The translations under genes were made by a program, and so were the position numbers. A DNA stretch of 64,000 nucleotides from contig LSRY02000015.1 of NCBI GenBank assembly GCA_001643675.2, positions 1,550,001-1,614,000 on the forward strand, given 5' to 3'. This DNA comes from Monocercomonoides exilis PA203. Its lineage: Eukaryota; Protista; Preaxostyla. The notes beneath the pieces are model-generated. The model had not been told where the DNA came from, made no database searches, and saw only the letters and a program-made list of their open reading frames with translations. Below are positions 11,824 to 24,087 of the stretch, piece by piece; the first letter of the stretch is position 1, and each line of letters starts with the position of its first letter.

Positions 11824-14800
11824 ATGCTTATTATCAGTAGTGTCATGGCGATAATCGCTTTACTTTCATCCTTTCAAGCTGAATCGCACTTTAATGAAAG
11901 AAATATTTGCGATAGACCAGTTATAGCTGATAAAGAAAAGAAATGCACTTCAGAATTGTTAAATACTCAAAGACGAGAGGCAGTCAAAGAAGCATTTTTG
12001 CATAGTTGGAGAGGTTATGAGAAATTTGCATGGGGAGCAGATGAATTAAAGCCTATCTCAAAAAAAGAAAATAACTGGCTTGGAGGTTTATTCATTTATT
12101 GTTGAATATTTTTAACTGTGGGAACAAATACTTAACGCAATGATAGGAATGGGTACAACTATAATTGATTCGCTTTCAACTTTGTGGATCATGGGTTTTC
12201 GCTCAGAATATGAAAAGGCTAGGAAATGGGTACAAGATAATTTTAATATGGAATCTGGAAAATGTATCTCTTTATTTGAAGCAACAATTCGCATTCTTGG
12301 CGGGTTGCTAAGTATATACGACCTCACTGGAGATGAACTTTATTTGGACAAAGCCGAGATGGTCGGAAATATTTTAATCAAATCGTTTGTAAAAACAAAT
12401 GCAGGAATTCCAAATTCTTTGGTGTGCTTTCCAAAGCAGACTCATGATTTAACTTCTGATGTTGAAATATTAGAGTCAACTTTGAATACTTCAAAAAAAA
12501 ATACGAATGAAAAAACAATAGAACGTGTTGATTCAACTTCGGAAGATCTTTCAAATTTTGTATCTGCAAATATTAACAATATTGAAGGAAGAGAGAAAAA
12601 TGAGCCAACAAACAATCCTTTGATTCCGCCAGGATCAACGCCAATTGCAGATTTTTCATTGCTTCTGGAGTTTGCAGCACTTTCTGATCGGCTTCGTTTG
12701 CGCTCTTTAAAGCAGAGAGCTCAGGTGGCTTTTTATCGACTGAATAATTCTGCAAATAATAATGAGTACAGACAGAATGACAAAATGCAGCAGCTTCAGC
12801 GAAACGGAATGAATCAAAGGCACAAGGAAAAAGGAACAACATTTCCTGTTCATCTGTTTGAAGACTTGCCTTTCAAAGCTATTTACTCCGTTCTTCCGAA
12901 ACAAAACACCTCAAAATTGCATCCTTTTCAAAAGGCATTGATTGCACCTCATGAAATTCCATCAACGTATCATCCTGTGCTTAATGTTGAAGCCCCACCT
13001 CATCAAAAGTTAATTACTGCTTTTGCAGACATTAACACAACAACTTTATCACCATATTACGAAACAACGGGGGCATATGGAGATTCATTCTTTGAATATC
13101 TCTTGAAGGATGCACTGTATTTTGAGTATCCAGAGCAAGAGCCTCGAAAAGAAGGAAAGCATGAAAAATTAAGCACGACATCGCAAAGGAAGAAAAATCG
13201 AAAGCAAAGCCAAGCGAAGGAACCACATGAAAAGAGGGATTCATTTTCCTCTCCCTCGTTGCTCTCTTCGTGGCCAACAAGCATGGAGTGTGATGATTGT
13301 TTGAAAGTCTTTCCACTACTGAGGCGGAAAGACGTTGAGCTGTCAAATGCTCGCTCTGGTTATTTGATGCACCATTGGATCTCATCTACTTCTGCATTTT
13401 TACGGAACGCTGCATATTCTCGGAGATATTACTCAAAGCAAATATTAAAGTTTTTTGGGTTCAGTCCATCGGAGAATTCATCATTATCATCTGCTTCTGG
13501 TGATGAAAATTATTCAAACAGCGAATTGAAAGACGAAAGTGAAAAGGCTGACAGTGGAGGTTCAATGAATTCGAATTTAAATGAAACAAATGATCAACAG
13601 ATAGAAAAAAGTCTTCCTCTATCGCAAGTCAATGAGAATAAAGAAGCAGCGAAGAATTCGAGCCAAGAAGGGAGCGAATATAGCTCGAAGCAAAGCGTGC
13701 AGAAGGATGAAGCTTTTAGAAATAACATCAGCAGCCTCGCTTTCTTATATTTGCCCACTCCGCTGCAAAGCAACGAAACCCAGCATTTGGGGTGCTTTTA
13801 TCCAGGAAATATTAAACTTGGAGCTTCGCTTCTGAAGCAGTGGAGCGGACAACGCTCTTCTTTAAGTTCACCAAGTGGTGCTAGTTCTGCAGATTCTTCT
13901 GGAGAAATTCATGCATTTGAGGGGAAACTTGTTTGGCCTGACTCAAAAAATCTTTCTTCTTCCATTTCGTCTGATGTCCGCTTGTCTGCACCGTCTTCTT
14001 TGATTGATTCTGTGGCTGCACAAGCGTATGGATCTTCTTTTGATAAGATGTCAGAAAATCTGCTTGACAGTTGTTTGGCATTTACTCGATTCTCACCATC
14101 TCGCCTTCCTTCGGAAGTGCTTCAGTTGCATTATTCCCCATTTCAGTTAAGATGCACATTAAGAAGAAAGGATGCTGATTTTAAAAAACGGTTTAATGCA
14201 AAAGAATGGCTTGAGAGGCTTACCGGGGAAAAATTGCAAAATGAAATAGAGAAAACGGAAAGGGAAATGAGAATAGATTCAAAGACTGCAAAGAGGGTTG
14301 ATAGAATTCCGAGGCACGATGTTTCAGAATGTTCTGATCCTGATTTATGGCCGTCTTTGAGTGATTATATGAATGTCAATACGACAAAAGTGAGAAAGAC
14401 TCTCAATGGTTATGTGGAAATGGATCATCGGGCATTGCTTGACCATATGAAGAAGAGTAACATTAATTTTGATATGGACCAAGAAGACAGTCGGATTACT
14501 GAAGATGTACCCTTGAATCCAACTCTTCAAAATTCGATTCACAAGATTTTTTCTGCAATTTACAAAAATTCTATTGAAGATTTGAAAAAAACAAAGCTGC
14601 ACTTAATTTTTTGGATAGCTTTGTTATCTGTTTGTGTGATTATTGCCTTCAAGTTTCGTAATATCTTATGGAGAATTGTTATAGGATATTTATGTGTCAT
14701 AATTATAATGCTATTTTCATTTATTGGATTTTCATTTGGATTGAAATTCAAGAATCGACTGTTGCCATTTGCTCGAAAGATTTTGAAAATTGTTATCATT

Positions 14801-15976
14801 GGAATAGCAGCGATGTCGCGTCATTATCGTTTTGCTTCTTCACACCATCTATACAATCAATCCAATGATGGGAATAACATCAGAGCGCCTGAATCTGCTT
14901 CCATGAACAATAACTCCACTTTTTCTGTTGCAGAGGTTTCGACAAATCAATTGAATACAACTTTACCTCAAATGGATGAAGATGACGATGGAAACACCGA
15001 AGACGATGAAGGCGATGATGATGATTACGATAAAAGCAACGCTGAGCCTCTTTCGGAAGAAGATTTGGCTCAAATGTACACAAATGAAACTCAAACAAAT
15101 ACCAAACCAAAAGAGAGCGATACACCAAATATTCAAGATCTTCCTTTTAAATTGGAGGGTGATTATTTTGACGTTGATTATATTACTTGGCTGACTGAGT
15201 ATCGAATGGGCCTTCATCCTTTCACGTATCCTCCCTTTCGAATTCCTGTCAGCGAGGGATACAACATTCTACGTCCTGAAATAGCAGAGAGTCTCTTCTA
15301 CTTCTATCGTACGTCTGATAGCGAAGAAGAGCGGGAAGAGCTGCAGAAAGAAGGCTGGTCGCTGTTTATGTCTTTTGTAAGTGAATGTGAAGTTGAAGCT
15401 GGATATGCTTCTGTTGCTGCGGTTTGGGAAGATGATCAATGCCCATCTTTGGATACTATTCGAAGGAGATTACAAAGTCACTTCTCTGAAGAAGATAATT
15501 TAAAGAGTAGCAATGGCTCAACGTCTGCGCAAAGTGGAACTTCCGAAGCGGCAGTTGAGCAGGCAAATAACAATTCAATAAATAAGACAAAAGAAAAGGA
15601 ATTACAAGAGCAAGATCGGGTATTAGGTGGTACAGATAAAAAAGAAGATTCAGACACAACGAAAGATGTTAATTACAGTGAAGATGATATTGTGGCGAAA
15701 TTGCATTCATATATTGAAAAAATCAATAAAAGAGAAAAAAGCATCAGCAAGTATCGAAGAAAATACTGCCCGCATATTCCTGAAGTGCACCATTCATGTC
15801 ATACGTATGTTGATGTGATGCCCTCTTATTGGCTGAGTGAGACGTTAAAGTATTTGTATTTGTTGTTTTCGCCTGTGGATGAAGAAGTGCCATTGGACTG
15901 TTGGGTATTCAACACTGAAGCACAGCCATTTTTGAAGAGACGATGCCTTTTAAAGAATCGAAACCGCATACGTTGA
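11824..15976 (+). CDS. Glycoside hydrolase family 47 (class I alpha-1,2-mannosidase) with large insertions; one short 5' intron
   Basis: GH47 motifs in order: AVKEAFLHSWRGYEKFAWGADELKPIS, TIIDSLSTLWIMG, SLFEATIRILGGLLS, GAYGDSFFEYLLK, HLGCFYPG, LRPEIAES, SYWLSETLKYLYLLF, WVFNTEAQP. N-terminal hydrophobic signal/anchor. Confidence 0.93.
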
Positions 15977-16323
15977 ACGAGAAATTGTTAAAAGTGAAAA
16001 TCGGATGAAACGTGATAAACGCTATTGTTTTGATATAAACCTGCTATCCAAATCGGAAAAAAGGCAAGTCTTTAATTAGCCTTGATTCGAAGATTTAGAG
16101 AACATACTTTGGATGCTTTTCAGAAGGTAATTAGCTTCGAAATTTAAAAATTGTTCGTGTCTATTATCTGTGCAATTAGAAGTTATCAAGCTTAAACAAA
16201 AATAATCGAACATCAATTTAAAAAATATCAAAAAGCATTTTTCATATTATTATTTGCACAGAATAGCAATTTTTGGAACGAATTTTGATAGAACTTTTCA
16301 ATTAGAATTTCATCTAGGAAATT

Positions 16324-16324
<1 letters not shown>

Positions 16325-16370
<46 letters not shown>

Positions 16371-18051
16371 AAAAGTGACTTTTGTTTAATTATCAAATAA
16401 AATAACAATCTCATATTTTTATCAAATTTCTGTTCACATTCACCAAATTTAACTGTCATGAAAACAAAATCTTGACTATGTTAATATTTTCGTTAAGTGA
16501 AGTTTCGAAAGAAAGGACAACTATTTGATAAAAATATGTTATTATTATTCTATTTGAAAATCAAACTCAAAGAAGTTTACAAAAAAAAATTAGACAAATC
16601 ATAATTTTTTTCGAGGTGTTGATTATAACAAAAATTCAATGTCATTTGCAAAATCATTCACATTTGAATATCAAATGTTTATCAATCGTTTCAAAAGCTA
16701 AAAGTTGATGATAAAGTTAAGAAGAGATATTCTCAAATTGGAATAAGAGCTTGTTATGTGTTTGTAAATAATAATTCATGACGAAAATATCAAGCGGAAT
16801 TCTTCGTTCAAAAAAATGTGACTTCGAAAATAATCATTCATATTGTGAAGAATTTGTTTCCGGAATTGTGAAATTTGGTCAGTTGAAATAAAAATTAAAT
16901 AAAAATACATAAAATATGTGATGATTGTTGAATACATATGGGTGATTATTTTTGAAATCATATTTTTTTTCGGGGTGTTGATTTATCAAAGATTGTAAGT
17001 TTATTGAAAGAAAATATTAATTCAAAAGAGAAAAAGCATGATAATAGTTATTTTAAACAAATAGTTTTTCCGAATCAAAGATTAAAATGCATTCTACAAG
17101 CCTTTTCACTTTTCAATTTTTAATATTGATATTCAAGAAAAATTTTAGCACCGAAAATTTAGTGTGAAACAATATGTTTTCAAAAATAATCACCCATATT
17201 TTTTTATTCAAAGATTTCGGTTTGAGAATTCATTTTGAATATTGATAAATAAACACTGAAAAGTCTCACTTTTGACAAAAACTTATTTTTTGATGGACAT
17301 AATCCTTTTCATCGATATTTTTAAAATAATCATAATTTTTTTTCTTTTGAGTGAATAATTCCTTTCCAAATATATTTTCCTTTTGAAAAATGTTGGAAAA
17401 TATGAACTTTCAAGCTTTTTTTGCCCAATGCACAAAAAAATTGCTTCACTCATAACTTTATTTCACTTTCTCAGATTTCAAAACAAATTTGATTTTCATG
17501 TACGAAAACACACATCATTGAAATCGAAGCATAAATCATTGTGTCATTTCACGAATTACAAAAAATAAACCTATCTTTATCATATTTTTTGATCACAAAA
17601 AGACAATAAAAAGTGCATAATTTTTTAATGAACGAGCTTGATGTTTCAAATTTTCCCCCAAATCAACACTCCGATAAAAGTTATGATATCTTAAATAATC
17701 ACCCATGTGCATTTTTATATAAAAAATAAAACAAAACGAACTTTTCAAAAAATAATGAATACATGTGAGTGATTATTGTTGACATTCTTAAAATTCTTTC
17801 GAAAGATTTGAATTTGAAATTGTTGAAAAAATTCAAGTTGTTCAAAATTCTGAAGAAGAAACAGCATTGATCACTTTTGATTGCTTTTCTTCTTATTATA
17901 TGCTTGTTTATTTCAAAACTTTCAATGTTTTGAATGCGTCACTTCAAACTCATCTTGAAGCTACAAAAAGCTGAACAACAATTCGCATTTTTGATGCAAT
18001 AAAAGATAAAAATGTTTTTTTAACATCTGTGAAAAATACGTTTAACATTAT

Positions 18052-18106
<55 letters not shown>
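16325..18106. repeat. AT-rich intergenic block bounded by poly-T and poly-A, with a ~50-bp motif in both orientations
   Basis: Poly-T at 16325-16369 and poly-A at 18053-18106. The motif atatgggtgattatttttgaaatcata(t)ncggggtgttgatt occurs at ~16936-16983, partially at ~16597 and ~17757, and inverted at ~17172-17200 and ~17660-17708. Confidence 0.55.
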
Positions 18107-18109
<3 letters not shown>

Positions 18110-18340
18110 AAGAAAGAAAAAGAGGCTCAACAAGTTTTCTTTGTTGCTTGCACTTCTTGTTGACTCTTTTGGAGATTCATCAAAAAGGCTTTTGCTTTCA
18201 TTAATTTAGAACAGTCTTATTTAACTTCAAATTAATTTTTAAATATTTGCCAGAAATTGTTTTTTATTCAAAAGATGAGTAACATTCAATAAAAAGTGAA
18301 ATGAAATGAAGTGTTTTTTCCAATCAAAAACAAAACCTGT

Positions 18341-19671
18341 TCATTCTTCGACTTCCATACTTCCATGCTCAACATCCATTCCGTTTTTCTCCTTTCCCTC
18401 ATCATTCTGCATATCATTCTCGTCATCTTCTGAGCTATCTTCACTTTCATCCTCGTCATCATCTTCATCTTCACTTTCTTCATCATCATCAAAATCGCTT
18501 TCTTCATCTAGTTCGTCTTCAGTTGGTTTTGGCATGCTGCACAAAGCCTTCCAATCAGAAAATCTTTCTAGTTGCTTTTCAATCAATGCTTTTGACTCTG
18601 GATCTTCTTTCATATACAATTTTAAAGCTTCAGCAGCACAATCAGCAGCATGCCTTGGCTTTCCGATATCAGAGTATCCGAGTGCCTGGAAGAATAATAC
18701 ATCGAAATTCTGGTCATCAAGATCTCTAAGATGCCTCAGTACAGGCATTGCATGCTCGGAGCAGTGAAGATCAACAAGCATTTGACACGCTTGAAGCTGT
18801 TCAGTGATGGATGGCGGTGAAACAGACGGATCTATAAAGAAATGAAATAAATAAATTCAAATAAATATAAGAAATTTCTTGAACCTTCATCTTCCGTGTC
18901 TTCCCCGTCTTCGTTTTCATCTAAATTTTTATTCCATTGTATAACGCTTTCAACAATATTTTGTTTTGCTTGTGTTCGAAGTTGTTCTGCTTCTGCTCGT
19001 GCGCGCTCTCTTGAAGCCGGGTCAGGAAAGTTACCATCGGCAATGTCCAGCATTAGTGAATGCGATCGTGAAAGCTGAAATGATGCAATTCCTTGGAGAG
19101 AAACAGTGTCTTTAGGATCAATTTGAATTGCAGTTTCAAGGCATCTTTGTGATTCCTTTTCTAGATCTGGTGTGATGTGATCGTAGTTTTGAATTGTTTC
19201 GGCTTTTGAAAGAAGGGCTTTGCTCATTTCCCTTTTAAGACGCTTGACAACTTTCTCTTCCCCCATTTCAACAGCTTTTCGAAGTTCTTTTTCCAGGACA
19301 GTTATTCCTTGTGCAAATAGTTGCATGGATTCATCGAATTCAGAAATTGAAGCAAGGTTAAAATAATTTGATGCCAATTTGTTCGGTTGAAGTTTAATTG
19401 CTTTCTCTAAAGCTTGCCTTGCGGCGTCAACAGCGCCATCATCAAATTGCTCAAGTACAATTGGATGCAGCAACAACTCGCTTTCGAGAACGAGAAGTTC
19501 AAATGATTCTTCAACAGAATTTTTAAGTTTATAGAGCTTTTGAAGTGCTTCAAATGGAGATGTTTCTGCTAATTCAGATATCGCAACAATCTGTTCTTCA
19601 ATTGTCAGATCCTTCTTTTTTCTTTTATGTGTTTTTTCTGATTTCACAACTTTTGACGAACTATGTTTCAT
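18341..19671 (-). CDS. TPR protein resembling Acl4, the assembly chaperone of ribosomal protein uL4; intron 18832-18884
   Basis: TPR-like helices AARQALEKAIKLQPN and SQRCLETAIQIDPKDTVSLQGIASFQLS. After the intron, PSITEQLQACQMLVDL..AMPVLRHLRDLDDQNFDVLFFQA is followed by an acidic tail. This layout is typical of Acl4. Confidence 0.7.
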
Positions 19672-19851
19672 TTAATTAAAAATCAAAAAACAAAGTTCTT
19701 GATCAAAGTTTGATTGCATAAATTATGGACAATCAAAAAACAAAGAAAAAATCTGGAAATTTTCATTTTTATGAAAAAGATAAAAACTATTACAAATAAA
19801 AGACAAAACAAATAACAAAGAATAAAAACATGATAAATAAAAAAGGGTATA

Positions 19852-21725
19852 ATGAGGAAGAATAAAAAAGAAGAACTTCAAGAATTACAAGACAAGCTCG
19901 GTATCATTCCTGATAATCCAGACGATGATATACGTTTGCCTTGCGGAAATAGTATGAGATTTAAAAAATATTGCCTATTTCATTGGAAAACGAAAAATTT
20001 TTATTTTTTGAAAAGAATTCAAGAAAGAGAAATATTTCACACTCCCAATTGCAGAAGAACACTTCACAATAGTTTATCCTCTTTTGTTACAATGTCATTA
20101 TTCAAGAGAAATTGTCAAGCCTGGAGCTCCAAAAAGAATGCAATCATTTCGATATCCAGGTAACAATTGTACTTATTGGTAATGATAATAATTAAAATTT
20201 AAATTTCAAATAAACTGTTCAGGTGAAAAGGTTTCAATTTATGCTGATGCAGCACTTGTAACAATGAACGATTCTTTTCTTGCTTTAAGATACCCAGAGT
20301 TTGACGATTTTCCCAGAAATCCTTCAAATTCTCTGGGCGATAGCGATGGGAATCCAGCTATTTGCACATCTGAGATAATATGGGATCAAAAGCCTTACAT
20401 TCTTGTTGGACGTGATTCTGGAAGAATCGAATTATTGGATGGAACAACTATGCAGGCAAAGCAAGTTTACAACGAAGGGGTTTGCTTGAAAAATGCACAC
20501 ATTAATTTATGAGCTATGCTTTCTTTTTAAATTGTAGGAGTTACATAACAGCGGACGTTGTCTAACGATTGATGTATCATATCATTTAAAAATACCAACT
20601 TTTTTAGCAGGATTTGAAGACGGCTCCGTTCTTTGCTTTCAAATGAACCTTCCAGAAGTCGAATGGCCCGATCCAAATCCACCGCCTCCACCAAGTGATC
20701 CAGTGTCATTGGCGGATCTTCCTTCAGAAGGACCAGAAACGAGAGACACATTAACTCAGTCTACGTTTTCTTCAGGCACCGACAAAACGGCTGGAATGCC
20801 AGCTGCGGCCACACAACCCGCGTCTGTTTTTTCTCGCGATGGACTTGCTTCGTCTTCTTCTCCGTCTCCGTCTCCAGCAGCTGCCAGCGGCTCGCCTTTC
20901 ACACACAGCTCTTCTCCGCAGCCAGGTGCTGCAGTTTCGTCAATGCCCATCTTCCACCCAATCACCTCGTCTTATCTGGCATCGTATTTTGTGCGCTCCT
21001 CCGATGCTGCGAAGGAAGAAGGCGCGCCGCCGTCGATCACTCGCACGGGGCGCCGTCTGCATCAGGATGTGCGGGCGATCGCGATGACGGCGAATGAGTC
21101 GCTCTTCAAGTCCATCGACCCAGACATCATTCGACGCGATTCGCAGACACTTCACTTGGCCACTCCGACTTTTGTGGCACCGACAATCAACTTGCCAGCG
21201 GCGTATTCGAAGTCCAAAGAGGATGCTTCTTCGTCTTCTTCTGCATCGATGGCACTGAGATCGGAATTGCCAGCGGACAGACCATCTGATTTTCATGAGT
21301 ATGTTTTAAATCAAAGCATATCTTTTATCAATAAATTTTGTTATGAAAAATTTATTCGATTTTTTATTGAATGGATTGATGTTTCTGTTGAAATTGCTGT
21401 ATTTTTGAAAAAAAAATTATATTTTTTTTGACACATGATTTGAATTTGTGTTTTATTCATTTCTTTTCAAACTTTCACATCAATACATATACACACGGTT
21501 CATATATATGCACATTTCATTCATCATATTATTGTTTCAACCATCCTTCAGCTTTCAGTTTTACTCTCGCAACACGCCGCTCAACCCGATTGGCCGCTGG
21601 TCTCTGTCATATCACCCAATTCACTGCCTGCGCATCAACCCTAATCCAGCCATCCCTCTTGTGGCATTTGCACTCGACGACGGTTATGTCGTTCTCTTCA
21701 ACCTCCTTTCTAACAGGTATTCTAT

Positions 21726-21783
<58 letters not shown>

Positions 21784-23829
21784 TGGCTTCTTTTGATTTT
21801 GTGTGAAAGTGCATATTTGCTACAATGATGAGCGTTTTTACCTTTTTCTGTGAAATATTTTTTTAGTTGCTTTAAATCATATTTTATTATTTGTTCATTT
21901 TTAATATTTAAATGTTTGTTTCTTTCTCTTATTCGCCCAATCTATTTTTTCATCTTCAAAGTTTTCATTGTGCCTTTGCAACCGATGCAGGTGCTGCAAG
22001 TTATGTTGCTTGGTCATCTGATGGCAGACTGCTTGCTGTGTGCTTATAAGATTAGTTCATAAACATTTACTTATTTTAATTGAACTTTCAATGAATTCTA
22101 TTTATTTTATTTTATTTTATGTTATTTTATTTTTAATAAAAAGGTTGCTGGTGAAGCAAACACAGTCATGCTGTATTCTGAAGTTAACAAAACACCTCGT
22201 CCACTGTGCAGATTAAGAGGACACGAAGGATGGGTATATTTTATTTTATTTTATTTTATTTTATTTTATTTTATTTTATTTTATTTTATTTTATTTATTT
22301 ATCTTATTTATTTCAATCAACTATTTCAACATTTGCAATTTCCATCACTTCCAATATTAATCTCTATTAATCCTTATTCACATTTCATCAGGTGCACCGT
22401 ATGATATTTGATCCTTCTCCTCCATACACAACATCCGCCAGCGGCGGTGGGCTTGCGCGTGTTTACCAGCTTGTCACAACTGGAGACGATGGTAGGATAT
22501 TCAGCTATGCCTTCAATCTGAAGAACTTGGATGGCGAAATTGTGAACATCCTGAAGAAAGCGCAGCGGAAGAAGGAGGTGAAGAAGTGGCGTGCGATTCT
22601 GCGGGAGATGGAAGAGGAGAAGAGGAAGGAGCAGGCAGAGGCTGAGCTGGAGAGGAGGAGGAAGATCGAGTCAGCAGAAAGAGAAAGGAGAAGAATCCGA
22701 AGAGAGAGGAAGATAAAGCTGCTGATGCAGCAAGGGAAGACGGAGGAGGCGCGGGCGATGGAAGCAGCCTACGCCAACGGAGAGACAACAACAGACAGCG
22801 AGGAAGAAGATGATGATGACTACGACGATGAAGAGGAGATTGTGAAGATATCACTCGCAGCACTTGGAAAAGAGAGGGCAAATGGAAGTGCAAGTGCAAG
22901 TGCAGCTGATGTGGCAGTGAAAGAGAGTGAGAGGAGGCAGAGTGAGGGAGGAATGGGCAGTGGGAGTGGAGAGCCATCGAAGAACACCCTGGCGCTGAGC
23001 ATGGCACCGAATGAAGCAACAGCAGGAGGTTCATTCTCGTCTTCGGAGGCGAGGCGAGCGGAGCGGCAGAAGAAGCTGCTTTCACTTGTGGGAGAAGAGC
23101 CGAAGCCGACGAGCGGGCTGATGGTGTCAGGGAACGGGGTGAAGTTTCGGGTGAGGATTATCCAGCCAGTGTACGACGATGAAGAAGGAGGAGAGCAGTA
23201 CGCAGAAAAGGGGTGGGCAGAGACGACGCAGGAGATGGAGGCGAGGGACAGGAACCACATGGAAAAGGAGGAGGAGCGGAAGGAAAGGAAGAAAAGAGAG
23301 AAGGAGCTGGAGAGCGAGGCGCTGAAGGAGAAAGAGCGGGAGAAGGAGATGCTGCTGCAGTGGAAGAGAGAGAGAGACAATTCAGCGACAGCTTTGAATT
23401 CCACAGCGTCTTCATCACAGAACATGACACAGGCTGTGTCGCCACTTTCAGTTGGCTCTTCGCCTTCTCTTGTTGTCTCACCTGCCTCTTCTGCCAATCT
23501 GGTGGGAAGCACATTCATCATCTATGGCCCCCTTTCTTATGACATCCTGCCTTTTATTGGTTTGTTCTCGTTTCTTTTTTCTTTTATTTCTCTCCCTCTT
23601 TTTTCTCCATCTTTTCAATGTTTTATGTTAAATCCATTTTCAAATAACATTTATCTTATTTAAATTCAAATTGTTATATGCAGATCCAACTGGAGAAATT
23701 GTAAATCCAACGCACAGCCCAGTCAGCGAAATACTTTGGGGATCTGAAATTATTGCGTTATGCACTCTCAACGGCAGCTTTTCGTTTTATAAACAAACTC
23801 GTTCTGCAACTCTGAAGACTTCAAGTTGA
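19852..23829 (+). CDS. WD40 protein, WDR20/DMWD/CreC-like; many introns
   Basis: Spliced exons give NPIGRWSL, VAFALDDGYVVLFN, YVAWSSDGRLLAVAGEANTVMLY, RLRGHEGWVHRMIFDP and YQLVTTGDDGRI, the WDR20/CreC repeat order. TGA stop at 23827-23829. Confidence 0.72.
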
Positions 23830-24087
23830 GATTTCAGTTTCTATTTGTGAAATTAAATTAGTTATCTGTTATATCTTCTTTTTGCCTTTTTATTGTTGTT
23901 TCATATTTTCCAAATGAAAGGGGCATATAACATTTCATTTTATTTTTAAAAATAATATATAAAATTTCATGTTACACATTTTTCAGTTTATTTATCATTT
24001 CCATTGCCCCATAATAAAAAGTGTCTTCAATTCAAACTTTTTCAAACAAATTTTCGAATTATCACCATTCATTGAAAATCTATAAAA

